DNA of 56,222 nt, counting the filler, from Dugesia japonica (Eukaryota), in the NCBI GenBank assembly GCA_001938525.1. It is 5 parts of 5 records of this genome, joined end to end, with 100 filler letters (N's around TTAATTAATTAA, not from the genome) between each part and the next. Parts side by side here need not be neighbours in the genome. Positions count along the whole stretch, not along the records: positions 11,540 to 27,605 come from MQRL01635056.1; 4 more parts are not named here. The stretch is one strand, 5' to 3'. The stretch's first letter is position 1. Each line of letters starts with the position of its first letter. Under the pieces are notes generated by a model that saw only the letters and a program-made list of their open reading frames with translations, was not told the DNA's origin and made no database searches. Shown piece by piece: positions 11,540-25,899 of the stretch. Position numbers and translations under genes: made by a program.

Positions 11540-13999
11540 ACTCAGCAAAGAGACAGAAAAAATTATAAATCTACAACAAAACAATATATTTACATTTTGC
11601 CTGCGAATGCAAGAAATGTATATATATATTCTTAAATAAATTGTACATGTTTTACTTCAGTTATGTTATTATTATTATTTGTTATTTATTTAAATTTATG
11701 ATTCGTAAATATAATAAAGTAACTTTAATTAATTAATTTATGATGAATCGAAATTTAAGGAATTATTTGTGGAATTTTCTAAACGTTTAATCAAAAAAAA
11801 ACAAATATTTTCAATTGAAAAATTTGAGAAGAAATTTATTCTTTATATTTTGGCGAATACAGTTATTTATTGCATATAACAACACACATTAAATATAACA
11901 AACAAAATATTCTATCCAAGACAGCAAACTCAAACAAAAGAGCAAACAAACACCCTGGACAATTTATATTGATTAACTTTGATTTATATTTGGTGATAAT
12001 ATTAACTAACAGCAATTATGTCCATCTGATTTTTTTGCACCACATATTAATGATTTCTATTTTTATTTTGATGTAGCTGTTTTATTTAATTATTTATTTA
12101 ATTATTTAACTTCATAAACAACATACTGACGTTTTACTATATTTCTATTAATATAGAAATTTTATTCTTAATTGTAGAAAATTTTCATTTTGGATGTAAA
12201 TATTTGTTTTTAACAAAATATTGTGCAAAGGTTATATTAATGAGGTAGTATAAATACCCATTACAATTTTCATTTTTTGCCCGTATTAATTTAGCACAAC
12301 AGTTTGTTTCCTCTATAGAAACAAAATGAATGGAAATTAATAAAATAACGTAAATGTATTTGAAAAAATATATATTTGAAAAAGTAACAATTTGTTTGAT
12401 TATTATAGGGTCGACTATATAGTATATTTATACGATATCATTATATCTATTAAAAACATATTAAAGCCTATAGATACCAATATATAACAATAATATATTT
12501 GGATTGTTATTAAATTAAAGTCACTATTAAACTCACCATCCCCAAAGTATCGTAACATTAATGTAAATATTTTTATATATACAGTGAACTGTATGTGTAA
12601 AAAATAAGTATAAATAGTGATAAAGTTTTCATTTCAAACACCCATTTTTAATCACTGAAAAAAGTTGAAGCCTACTTGGGTTGAAACTTAAAGTGAAAAG
12701 TAACACGCCTTAAAAATTACTTGCACTATACAAAATATAAATTTTATAAAAGTAATTACTTGTGTTTATTTTATTAGCCGACTATATAGCCTATTTATCG
12801 AGATATAATTTATATATAATAAAATTTTTAAGGCATCTAAGATTAACACATATAACGTACTTATATTGAGACAAGAATTTTACCGCCTTATTCTTCATTT
12901 CTGAACATCATCGAGAATATGTTCTCTAAGTGGAAACAATTGTGTTCATAAGTGTGTTCTAATCAGCGTGTTCCAAATGAAAATGAACTTTTTGCTGAAA
13001 TTGATATTATTTCCCGACTAATAACAAATAGTGATTGCAATAATTATTATTATTATAGACTAAGCATCTTCCCAAATGCCTCAGAAATGAAATTTATGAT
13101 TAATGTTTTCATAAAAATTTTTTACATTATTAAAATTTGAATACATTATTGTCTTGAAATTTTACTATTTACGAGGTTGTTTTAACTATAAAAAAACAAG
13201 AAAAAAATTATTCTTGTTGGCAGATATGATAAAAATAAATAATTTAAATTTTCTGATTCGCGCAACAGTAATATATAAAAATACCGTTAAAATAAAGTTA
13301 TTATAAAAACATTTATATATTGCTTTAATTTATGAATAATTAAAAAAAGTTGATTAGTTTGGATGTTGAAGTTAATCAATATTTTCATTCTGAATTATTT
13401 TAGTTGAATATCAAATTTTATAAATATTATATTTTATAATTTGAATGATAATAATTAATGTCAAAATGACTAAAAAATATATATAAAAATTGATTGAAAA
13501 TAAAAAACCTTGAAAGCAAGTCAGCAATTAAGATCAGAAGAATAAAAAAACTAAACATAAAACATCCACCAAAAGAATCTCTTTAATAGAACATATTTTA
13601 TGAGATACTATTTAGGTGTTATGAATTAAGTTATGTTTAAAGTCATTTTCTACTACTTAAATTTTATAAAGTTTTAGGTATTTTTATTTTGAAAACATAA
13701 GGGAGAAAATATTATTATTATTGCAAGAAATATTTTAAAAATGTTTTAAATTAATATATAAATAATTCAATTAAATTTTAAAATATTTAAATATTATAGT
13801 ATAATTAATTTTCAAATTTGTTGCGTTTCATGGAATTAAAATATTATTGTAATTACCAAATTTTAAGTAAGCTTTAATGAATTCTATTATTGATATTTGC
13901 GTATGTGTATTCGAATGTAACATTTCATTTTATAAATACTTTGATAAATATTTTGTAATAATTTTAGAAGCGATTATAACTTAATTAGTATACTATCGA

Positions 14000-14922
14000 T
14001 CTTAGAGCAAGAAAATCAGAAAATTGCCCCTAAAACCAAATTAAATAAGAACTTTTTAAGAAAGTCAGTAATCTTCCTTCTAAGTTTATGTTCTTATTTC
14101 TAAAACCATATAATTTTTTAACATCACACGAGATAATCTTTTCAAATTCATTTTTTTACCATCCTAGTTTAAAGCTTTCCCTATATTTCTCTTTACTCAA
14201 ATCTTTCGCTTCTTTAGTTTCTTATTAATTGCTATAAATTCGACAAATAAATACCATAAATGTTTATTGATTTCGGGTCAAGCGTTTGTTTTGGCTTTAC
14301 TTATTAATAGAGGCTCCATTTTGTCACCATATTTTTTAAAATAATATACTTGTCCTTTCGTTCTTTACTTTAATTCTTTTGCAATCATCGCCAGGTGCAA
14401 CAAAGTTTTTAGTTGGTGAATTTTTATAGTTAAAACCGGTTTTATCACAGTTCCAAATATCGCTAGGATTGTAATCCGCAAGCTTTATTTTATAAATCAC
14501 CTAAATTTGTATGATCCGCTGATCTCAATTCACAAGAAATCTTTTTAAACTCCAAATTAACTCTCCGCTTACGTTTTCTATCCATTCATTAGATGCTTTG
14601 AATTCATTTTAATTAAAATTCTTATAACTCAGTTTTTATTGTTGTCCCATTTTACAGAATCGAATATCTCAAACGTTTAAATGTTTCAAGAACTAAACTA
14701 TTTAGCTCTGTATTTAAAAAGTGTTGTTCGAGTAAAGTGAAAATGATGCAAACTTTATGTTCTTTTTTTCATCGCATATGTTTAAGATTGTCTAAGTTCT
14801 TACTTAATGAATTGTTCCTTTGCATGTAGAAAATTGTGCTATCAAAGATCTCGCGGTATATTTCCCTGTTTTTAATTTTTTTGCGACTCTAAACTGTCGG
14901 TATTGGTCAACTTCTTTGTCAT
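14000..14922 (-). mobile_element. pogo/Tigger (CENP-B-like) transposase remnant
   Basis: Minus strand gives FKASNEWIE (ASxGW motif) and YNPSDIWNCDKTGFNYKNSPTKNFVAPGDDCKRIKVKNERTS (IxNxDETG...K..KERxT). Many stops and frameshifts. Confidence 0.8.
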
Positions 14923-15470
14923 AAATGGATAAAACATTATTTAATAATAAATTTTAAAAATTTCTGAAATATCTAAAATTAATTAACTAAATTACAAATT
15001 AAAATCCAAATGACGAGTAAAAAAAATAAATCTAATCTAAATAAAAGTTTTTACCATTGTTTTACAAGATAAAATTTCTAAATTACCAGAATCAAAACTT
15101 TTTTTGTAGAAATTTTTCCTAAATTAAAAAAAAATATTCCCCAGAAAACAAATACAATTTTTTTGATTTAATGTAAAAAAAACTGTTTAAAAATATATTG
15201 TATGCATATTTGAAGGTGACAAAATCCTCAAAACAATGCTTTTGTTTAAATATTGTAATAGTCGTGAGTTTTCTGGATTATAATTTGGGACTTAATTTTA
15301 GATTATTTTATGATAAATTCTCTAAATTTGAGAAAAAACGATTCTAATAGTAACCAATAAAATGATGCAGTTATAAGAATACGAAAAAATATTGAAAACG
15401 TTAAAATATTATAAATATTTACTAATACACCTTATACATAAAAATGGAATTAAAATAAAATATCAATACA

Positions 15471-15590
15471 AATGTAGAACTAGACTGTGTAAAATGTAGA
15501 ACTAATTGGCGAGACTGTGGAAAATGTAGAACTAGATGGCGGGACTGTGGAAACGTAGAACTAGATTGTGGGACTGTGGAACTAACTGGC
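15471..15590. repeat. Minisatellite of about 28-29 bp (AAATGTAGAACTAGATGGCGGGACTGTGG-like), about 4-5 copies
   Basis: Directly visible. A shorter version lies at about 20490-20530. Confidence 0.85.
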
Positions 15591-15766
15591 GAATTAATAT
15601 TAAATTAATTTCTGTTTAAATCCATTAATATTACATTTGTTTGTGTAACGTAATTTAATATTAAACTATTTAAATTGGTTTATAAATTTAAATTTAATTT
15701 AAATTTAACTTTTAAACAAATTTAGATTAATTTTGTAAATGCAAATAGTAATAATTGTAATTAAAA

Positions 15767-16620
15767 ATGAAATCAACATCTAAACTGACAAACTTTCAAA
15801 AAGAACAAATTATTCTAGCGTATAACAATTTCGAATGATCTGGAAGAGAAATGGTAAAGAAAATTGGTAAATCACAACAGACAATCTCTAAGTTTCTCAA
15901 AAATTTCAAAAAACCACACAATTATGAACTTGGAATGGAAGCAAAAGAAAACTGAATATATTGATGATCAGAATATTGTGCAATCTGCAATAGATCTTCA
16001 TACAATTTCACTAAATCAAATAAGATTAAAATTATGTACAGTAAATGTTTAACTACAAACTTTACGTAACTTAGTTTTAAACAAAAAATCTTTTATATAG
16101 AGAAAGGCGAGAATTGGCAAAAAATAATTTGGAAAAAGTAGTAAACATACATGCATGTTACGCTGCAACCAGCGTGGACGAGTTTAGAGATTTCCCAAAG
16201 AGTGTTATTGAATGTCATGTAAAACAGAAACACTGAAAATAGAAAGTAAATATATAGGAAGATTTAAATGTATGTTCTGTTGGAAGGGTAAAGTAATAAA
16301 TAAAGAACAACATCAAGAAAGATTTATTAAGTAAACGGTTTCTGTATTTACGTATTCCATCGAAAATTATTGGTAAATATTTAGAGAACAAAACTATTAT
16401 CTTAGACTGGCCTTCTCTAATTTCAATAGAAAATTTGTGGGTTTTCCTAGACAAACTAGTTGTATACAAAAATCTAGTAAATGAAGATCAATTATTTCAA
16501 GTTTTACATAAATAGCTAGAAAGATTTACCATGAGATTTAATACTGAATTTTGTCAAAAGCATAACACACAGATATCAAGCTGTAATTGACAATGAAGGA
16601 TTACCAACAAAATATTACGA
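15767..16620 (+). mobile_element. Tc1-family transposase pseudogene
   Basis: N-terminal HTH MKSTSKLTNFQKEQIILAY...SGREMVKKIGKSQQTISKFLK; LDWPSLISIENLW (compare WPSQSPDLNPIENLW); C-terminus YQAVIDNEGLPTKY. The C-terminus recurs at about 19270-19325 and 20598-20655. Confidence 0.85.
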
Positions 16621-17311
16621 ATAGCTTTATACTAAATTTAAATATAACGTTAAATCAACTTTTTTGCATATATTTTAATATTTTTGAAAGTAATAAGATT
16701 ATTTTTTTGCTTAATGTATATACTGTATTGCTTTCTTATATTTTTGTTGATAATTTATCACTAGATGTCAATTAGACCTATTTAAGTGATAATTGTATGG
16801 AAATAAGTTAATACAATACAAGCTCATTTAAACGGAAATTTATAATTTTAGAAATCTTTTTTAATGAAGAATCGTTTACAAAAACTACATAATAATTAAT
16901 TGAGAAGTCTTCAGTTATAGCCTTAGCAATATCAAGTCTAACTTTCTTCAAAGAAAGATCGATATTTGGAAAATGATTGATATATAATATTTGATAAGTA
17001 ATTGCTGTTGGATCAATTTTTTTTATTCTAAAATTACTTTAACAGTATTTTGTAAAGGCTAATTACAGGTTACCCCATGATCTTTCGGGCCTGAATGCAG
17101 TTAGTGAAGAAAAAACTGCAATCAGAATATTTGGAGAAAATTATGAAAATGTTCAAACAATTACGGATGTGGTGTGGGAACAATGTGGAAGAATCTTAGT
17201 ACTGGATGTTATCCATGGAACAACAAGAGGTGTATTCTTGCCATCCGTTTGATGGGAAGCAAGTATCGAGTATATCTTTCGTTGACGATTGTCGACCAAA
17301 TGAACACAGAT

Positions 17312-17560
<249 letters not shown>

Positions 17561-17606
17561 TTAAAGTACTATTATTTATGTTTTTTAATGATTATAAAAT
17601 CATAAA

Positions 17607-17970
17607 ATGGAAACTTATTCTTATAAAGCATCATCAAAAGTGGAAAATGAAACATGGCTCATCTATCAGAAATATGATGGTAGGTATCATGATTTGATGA
17701 AAGTTTTTTAAATTGTCCACTATAACACCATACGATATCAAGAACATTCAATTACAATCACAAACAATTGTAGCAAATTCCGAACAAAATATAAATTTGA
17801 ATGAATTCGCCAAAGTAAACTAGTGCATGTGTGAACCAGAATTATTTCCAGGGTAACAACTTATAAAATATATTTGAATTGGTGTAAATGTATTTACAAG
17901 TGAACAGGTTATAATACTTGGACACAAGGAAATGCATAATAGTATCAGATGTCACAAATTTGATTGTTAG
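17607..17970 (+). pseudogene. Decayed divergent TATA-binding-protein-like gene
   Basis: Frame reads IKNIQLQSQTIVANSEQNINLNEFAKVN*CMCEPELFPG*QLIKYI*IGVNVFTSEQVIILGHK. It aligns by eye with TBP repeat 2 (FKIQNMVGS...YEPELFPGL...LLIFVSGKVVLTGAK). In-frame stops, no introns. Confidence 0.65.
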
Positions 17971-19815
17971 TCTATTTGTCAATGTAGTATAAAACAATAA
18001 TATTCAAGATTATTTGTAATTGGTTAAATTTAAATATAGATATGTTATTGAAGAAAATATTAATGAAGATATTAAAGAATTATTTGCAGATGAAAATAGT
18101 AAGATTTATTTTATTATTAATATTATTTGTTTTAGTTATTTTTAAGGATATTAAACAACATTTATTACTATCAATAAAAGCTCTATCAGAAATATGACGG
18201 TAGGTATGATAGGTATGGATTTTGATAGAAAACAGCCACGTGAGGCATTAATTACTGAAGAATGTATCAGAAGCAATTTAAAAAGAAAATTCCAACAAGC
18301 TATGTATGAAAAAAAACAACAAGATTTAAAGAAAAACATCTTGTGTACGTAAAACCAGGTCCTCTTTAGAGCCACAAATGTTGATTGATATAAAAAGTTA
18401 TTAAAAAATGTTAAATATTATTATTAAAAAATTAATAAAATAAATAAAAGTAATGGACATTAAAATTATTTTGTGGAAATACATGTATTATTCATATTAT
18501 ATTTTTATCTTTTTCTAATTGTTTAGAGAAATAGCTATAAAAGTAATGGAAAACTTTTGACGTATTTTTGGCTAATGTTGAAAAAAACGCCGGAAATTTT
18601 CAGCATGACACTAAAGGAAGGACTTCGTTAAGGGTTTAAAGCAAGAATGGTTACCTAAAATCGCTTAAAAAGAGTTATAACTTACCTGGGTTACAGCTCA
18701 CGTTTCCTTTTAATAAAAAAGAGCGATCAGAAAATATCCGCATTAATTCAATAATTGCTGGAGAAGTATTATTTTAAATATTTGTTATTGAGAAGCCTTC
18801 TCATATTTTGAAAAGGAATAGGACAATAAAAAAAGATTACATATCACATATCAAGAAATTATCACAGCAGAACCAAATCAATAATAATCACTGTGATAAC
18901 ATCGCAGATCTCAACATCTTGAGGGATTTCTAAGAAAGAGACTTCAGCGGATTTGGTGTTGAGATCATTTTCTATCAAATCACAAACATTAACAATGTTA
19001 TTAGTTTGACCTTTGATTTTGAAATTCAATGTTCTCATTGTTATCACGTTAAATTTGATTAGGAAGTGACATGATATATAGGAACGACAAAAGGCATAAA
19101 CTTTATATATAAAATTGTATAAAATTTGTTTTAATAAATTTAATAAATCAATTAATTAAACTTAATAACTTTTTTATAATGAACTTTGTATTGATTGGGT
19201 AATCACTATTAAAGTAATCACTATGAAAATCTATGAAAAAATTTCTAATTAATTAGAAATACCGTATAGACAAATGTCAACCTGTAATTGGCAATGAAGG
19301 ATTGATTACCAACAAAATATTACGATTGTCTTTATAATAAATTTAAATATAACGTTAGATCAACTTTTTTGCATATATTTTAATATTTTTGAAAGTAATA
19401 TGATTATTTTTTTACTTAATGTATATACTATTGTTTTCTAAGAATTTTTTTGATAAATTATCACTAGATGTCAATTAGACTTATTTAAGTGATAATTGTA
19501 TCATCAACGTTAAATCAACTTTTTTGCATATAGTTAATGAAAGACCAGTAAATATTTGGGATTCTCATTTTGGGAACGAATATAGAATATGTATAACTGG
19601 CATTGAGTGGTTCGATATATTTGAATTGTGCGTGAATTTACGTAATAATATCAAAACAGTAGTTCAANNNNNNNNNNNNNNNNNNNNNNNNNNNNNNNNN
19701 NNNNNNNNNNNNNNNNNNNNNNNNNNNNNNNNNNNNNNNNNNNNNNNNNNNNNNNNNNNNNNNNNNNNNNNNNNNNNNNNNNNNNNNNNNNNNNNNNNNN
19801 NNNNNNNNNNNNNNN

Positions 19816-21150
19816 ACAAATCAAGAAATTATCACAGCAGAACCAAATCAATAATAATCACTGTGATAACATCGAAGATCTCAACATCTTAAGGGATTTC
19901 TAAGAAAAGGTCTTCAGCGGATTTGGTGTTGAGATCATTTTCTATCAAATCACAAACATTAACAATGTTATTAATTTGACCTTTGATGTTGACTTAATAC
20001 ATCTAATCACCGGACAACGATTCAATGTTCCCATTGTTATTTCGTCAAATTTGATTAGGAAGTGGCATGAGATATAGGAACGACAAAAGACATAAACTTT
20101 GTATATAAAATTGTATAAAATTTGTTTTAATAAATTTAATAAATTAATTAAACTTAATAATTTTTTTATAATGAACTTTGTATTGATTGGGTAATCACTA
20201 TTAAATTTACTAATTTATATATTATGAAAATTTATGAAAAAATTTCTAATTAATTAGAAATACCGTACAAGGCCGTATCGAATGTATCTCAATTTGGGAC
20301 ATAAGTTTAGATTATTTTATTATGATAAATTCTCTAAATTTGAGAAATAACGATTCTGATAGTAACCGATAAAATTATGCATTTATAAGAATACGCCCTG
20401 TTTAGAAATATCAAAAACTTTAAAATATTATATATATTTAGTGATACACTTTATACCTAAATTTGGAATTTTAAAAAAATATCAATAAAAATGAAGAACT
20501 AGATGGCGGGGACTGTAAAATGTAGAACTATTTCAAGTTTTACAAAAATTGATAGAAAAATTTACCATGAGATTTAATACTAAATTTTGTCGAAAGATTG
20601 CCATGCAGATGTCAACCTGTAATTGGCAATAAAGGATTACCAACAAAATATTACGATTGTCTTTATACTAAATTTAAATATAACGTTAAATCAACTTTTT
20701 TGTATATTTTAATATTTTTGAAAGTAATAAGATTATTTGTTTGCTTAATGTACAAACTGTATTGTTTTCTTAGATTTTTGTTGATAAATTATCACTAGAT
20801 GTCAATTAGACTTATTTAAGTGATTAATGTATGGAAATAAGTTAATACAATACAAGCTCATTTAAACAGAAATGTTTATCTTTAGAATTTTTTTAAACGT
20901 TTACAAAAACTACATAATAATTAATTGAGAAACTGCATTTGGTACAACAATAATTTCGGTTTGACTGTTTTGAAAAGTAAATTTAACTATGATTCTAAAA
21001 CATTTTCTATTCCGTTATAACCTTGGCTATATCGAGACAAAGTTTCTTTGAAGGTCCAATTTTGGAATAAATGATTTACAAATAATATTTAATTCATAAG
21101 AAATTGCTGTTGGATCAATTTTTTCATTCTAAAATTACTTTGTCAGTTTT
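19816..21150. repeat. Composite repeat duplicating about 18845-19265, 15280-15500 and 16495-17055
   Basis: Long diverged matches seen by eye, for example TTTCAAGTTTTAC...TTTACCATGAGATTTAATACT, CACTAGATGTCAATTAGAC and AATTGCTGTTGGATCAATTTTTT. Confidence 0.8.
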
Positions 21151-22314
21151 TGTATGATCTTGCTTTCATAATCTTGCTACTTTTAATAATGGCATCAAAA
21201 TATATATTGNCATCATGTTTAATATTACAATCACGAGATGGTTCTTTCGATTTTTTGAAGAAACAAGAAGATGTATTTGAAACAAAAAAAATTACAACTT
21301 GTCTGTTTTGTATAGAAGGGCGTAACTAACCACCCGCAAAGCGGGTAGCTCGAATTTTTAGAGAAAGTTACAAAAATTTGTATACAATAAGGGATTTATT
21401 ATTATTATTATTATTTATTATTATTAATATTTTAATTATTTAGTATATCTCCAAAAATTCAAATAAATAATAAGAATTCAAAAATTACGACCGATGAGGT
21501 CTCGCGCCTGATTCGAGTATTTACATTATTTTTCAATAAATATTCGGAAATAAATAGAATTTATTAGACAGCGGTGGTGATTGAAACTACAAACAATGGA
21601 GGTAGTATAAGTGATCATTATATTTGATATAATGCATCATTGCCGCTTCCTGCAGAATGTTATATTGGTATATTTGTATGGTGATTATCTTTTCATATAA
21701 AATTTTATTTTATTTTATTTTATAATTTATAATTAAAATTTAAAAATAATTAATAAAATTTAATTAAAGATTTTATTACTTTTGAATTCATTTCTATATT
21801 TTAAATTTATTTACAATTACAATTTATAAAATATTTTAAAATTCAAAATCNNNNNNNNNNNNNNNNNNNNNNNNNNNNNNNNNNNNNNNNNNNNNNNNNN
21901 NNNNNNNNNNNNNNNNATTTAAGGATATTTTTTGGGGAAAATATTTTTTTCAATAATTTATTTAAAATATTTTAATATTTATAAAATGGTACAGGTCAAC
22001 AAAAAAGAATGCAAATATTTTAATATTGAAAATCCTCGATTCACTGAGACAAAAAACATATAGATCTCCACGTTGATGTCGGCAGTGAGGATTCATTTTA
22101 ATGTGATCATTAGGAAGAATCAGATTGAATTTATCTGGTCAGTCTAAACAAGTATTTATTTTTGCAGTGCACAGAAAGCCCATTGCACGAGTCTGCCAAG
22201 ACGTTTTTTTAAGTATATCATCTGCCTCGAAACAAAAAAAAGAAGTTCCTAAACTGGCCATTGTGTAGAGAAGAGTTCCATATTTTCATAAATATATTAT
22301 TTAATTAAATAATT

Positions 22315-23290
22315 TCCGCATCAAGAATTGAAGTTTCCGTGGGATTCTGAATATGCCCAAGATCAAAAAATTTAGGACGATTATTGGAAAAATGTCCGAA
22401 AGAATATTCAAGATTAAAGAAAGGAGTTGTGAAAGAAGATCAAAGTAGACATTTTCTGACGAATGCGATTCAAGCCAGTCAAAATTAACATTGGTTAAAT
22501 TGATATTGATCAATTAAACTGTTGATTAATTGATCAATTAATTCTGCTGCCATCCCATGAATTTTCAGATCAAAATCTCGAAACAGATATATGAACAAAT
22601 TTCACTGACTTCTATGTTGTTCAAATAACTTTTAACATAAAATATATCATATAAGACAATTAAACGAGATACATTCAATAAACCAATTGTTGTAAGTATA
22701 CCCCACTACATTATGATTGAGTCATATTTTATCTCTTAGAACATTCACTCATTCATAATAAAGTAAGCATTATACCTATTTAAATAATCACACTCATGAT
22801 ATAATATTATTTTGGAGGAAAAGGTGGGCCAAATCTCGAGGAAATCGAAAGAGGTTTGCCAAATCTCGAGGAAANNNNNNNNNNNNNNNNNNNNNNNNNN
22901 NNNNNNNNNNNNNNNNNNNNNNNNNNNNNNNNNNNNNNNNNNNNNNNNNNNNNNNNNNNNNNNNNNNNNNNNNNNNNNNNNNNNNNNNNNNNNNNNNNNN
23001 NNNNNNNNNNNNCACATAAATATACATGTTATGTGCAAATTATTTAATTTCAACATCAAGAATCGAAGTTACCGTGTGATTCTGAATATGCCTAAAATTT
23101 ATGGGAAAGATCTTCATATTGAGACGTATATTGGAAAAATATCAGAAAGAGTATTCAAGNTTAAAGGAAGCAGTTGTGAAAAAATATCACGAGACATTTT
23201 ATGATGAATGCGGTTCCATCCAGTCCAAATTAAAGTTTGATGAAATTGATATTGATCAATTAAACTATTTTCCTGTCGTCCCATGATTTT
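22315..23290 (+). repeat. Diverged direct duplication (about 22315-22580 and 23050-23310)
   Basis: CATCAAGAAT(T/C)GAAGTT...GATTCTGAATATGCC...AAATTGATATTGATCAATTAAACT is present twice. Confidence 0.7.
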
Positions 23291-25149
23291 TCCGATCAAA
23301 TACTCGACACACAATACATATATCAAACAAATACTGATAGGTAATTTCAATTCAGTTAATGTATATAAATACTTTTTAAATAAAATAAATAAATACTTTT
23401 ATGTATAAAGCACTTTTATAAATGCGTGGTGACTTATATAAAAGCTGAGCAAGGTTCGAATAACGGAATGCTCGTTAAAACGAGAGGAATCAAATGAATT
23501 GAAAATAGAAATCATCAGATGTGGATTTATACCATTTGAATTGANATAAAGTACTAGAACTCTTGAAAACCAAAAGTAGACAATAATATTGGATCTGTCA
23601 TAGATTATAAGATGTTTCCGTGAAGAAATAGGTACATATAAAGGATGTGTGGAAAAAACAAAAACTTTAATAAAACCACTAAATGTGATAAAACTTTGTC
23701 AAGATAAATAAATTATTAACAATTCTTGTGTTACTAAATAGAATAAATACAAATGAACATCATACGCGAAGATTAAATGTAATATCTTACAACTATCATT
23801 CCCAATTACTTTGTACGATGTTAAAGCTATACAGTTACTATAATATTGAGCAAAACTATATATATATTTATCATTGTAATTTAATATAAATAAAAAAATA
23901 TAAATATAAAGGAACGTAAAAATAATAAAATCAATTACCAATTTTTTTCATTATTTGTCAAATTATTAACCAGTTTTAACAAATATTAAAAAAACATGAA
24001 CTTAGACTTTACATAGACTTTAAAGGAAATTTCCAATTGTAATTCAGTGATTGCCATCAAAGGTTGTAAAATGTTATTAGTTTAGTAATCAATTATATTT
24101 AAACTTACATGAAAATGTGTGGAATTAACTTCAGCAAAATTAGAATCACACTAAAAGCTACAAAATGGAGCTAGCATATTCATTCATTTTGATTACTTTT
24201 AGTTAATATTAAAACAAATATTTTGCACTCAAAGAGTAAATTTACAAATTAAATATTTACACTTTTATATTTGTATTTATATAGCATTCATTTATTTTTT
24301 AACAAATAAATTTCCTTTGAATTTTATTTAGAATATTAAAGAGACAATAATGCCAAATTTAAATTAGGAAAAACATTAAATATCTTAAAAAAATTTAATA
24401 CTTAATTTAAATTTGTAAAGATAATGGTAAAAAAAATAAATACACCATTTGATAAGTACGTGAATATTAAAGATTAAAAATTTTCTATTTTACCTGAAAA
24501 TTTCCATTTTTCATAATATATATAAACTTTAGAATAAAGGTAATTTCAAAAACAAATTAAGCCATTCTAATTTATTTCAGTATAATTTTTCTATTTGAGT
24601 ATTTACCACTGACAAGCAAATCGGATAAATATGAATTTAGATTTAATTTCTTGACAATTGTCATTAGTTGTTTACCTTATGTGTTAATATCATGTGTTAA
24701 TATAATGCGTTTTTAAATTTGATTCTGTATCTTATTGATTAATTGTAATAATCCCTTAAATTTTGATCGATTAAACTTTTTACTTGTAAATCAATTTATT
24801 TCTTCTTAAATTAATCTATTATTTTAATCTTTGGTTACACATGATAATCACCTAGAATTTGGATAGTTTCTCATACTCTCTTTTGCTTTATTCAATAAAT
24901 ATATTCCAATACTCCAGTAGCAGTGAAAACAGATATCATCTAGAAAGAAAAGTCCAATTAATTGGTTCAGAAAATACAATCATGAGAAATGTCAAGAGAA
25001 AATATAATGATAATCAAATAATCAAATTCAATTACAATATCATCAACTGAAAATATGAAATGCTATAGATATACCTAATATTGCTATTGAATCCGAACTA
25101 AACACCATATTTTACAAAGTGGTTTTTAACCACTCATATACAAAATATA

Positions 25150-25871
25150 ATAAAATATGTCAACAGTTTTCTATTTAATACACACGAATTATAAATTCTT
25201 TTTCAATATAGTAGCTATTTGATGATATTATTTGCTCAGTTCTTTTCCTAAAGTTTAAGAATTCTGATTTTCCATGATCTCGATTCATAAATGAGAACTA
25301 GGTTTTAATTGTAGCCCAAAAAGTATTGATGTTTAGATGTCTAGACCATTTGACTTAGACATGTCAACATTGTATGTGAGCCAATGTTGAAATAAACTAT
25401 TTGTGTGCGCAGGTGCATGATCTTGTTGATAAATTTAAGGCTTACATCGTGCTATAGTCTCCATACTTTTATCGTATATCTCAATACTTTTAAATAAACA
25501 GCCTTTTGACTATTTTACCCTTCTAGGTAAAGAATGATAGCATAACATTGCCTTCACTGGGAGCAGCACTCAAATCGATAATACTGGCCAGAAACTTAGT
25601 CTTCTCACCATGGAAACATCCATATGATTGTGAGTAAGCTAAAGATTATTCCATCAGTTTACTTTTGAATCTTAAGTAAAATATCTTTCATTTGAAAGAA
25701 CAATGAATGCGACCAGGTGCTTCCTGTTTTCCTGAATGCTAAAATAACTATTTTTAGCTTGGTGGCCTCGGAAAGTAGCTGAAGGAACTTACCACTGTAT
25801 GAGGTATTCTTTACATTCTCATGAGTTATGTGAAACCTTGTTCTTTCAATCTGTTCTAAGACAAACGCCAT
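25150..25871 (-). mobile_element. Tc1/mariner-superfamily transposase remnant
   Basis: Minus strand YQQDHAPAHT...QHWL (QQDxAPxH, second catalytic Asp). The upstream WSHSLF segment resembles the W..V.FSDE motif. Confidence 0.65.
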
Positions 25872-25899
25872 TTTCCGAAGTGATATTTTTGAGTTTTAT

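Noticed and set aside
15471-15590. CRISPR-like repeat array
   Set aside because: The units are contiguous with no unique spacers and the context is eukaryotic; it is an ordinary minisatellite. The same applies to 35689-35800.
18960-18985. bantam-like TGAGATCATT
   Set aside because: Only about 10 nt match, inside a duplicated repeat, with no hairpin.
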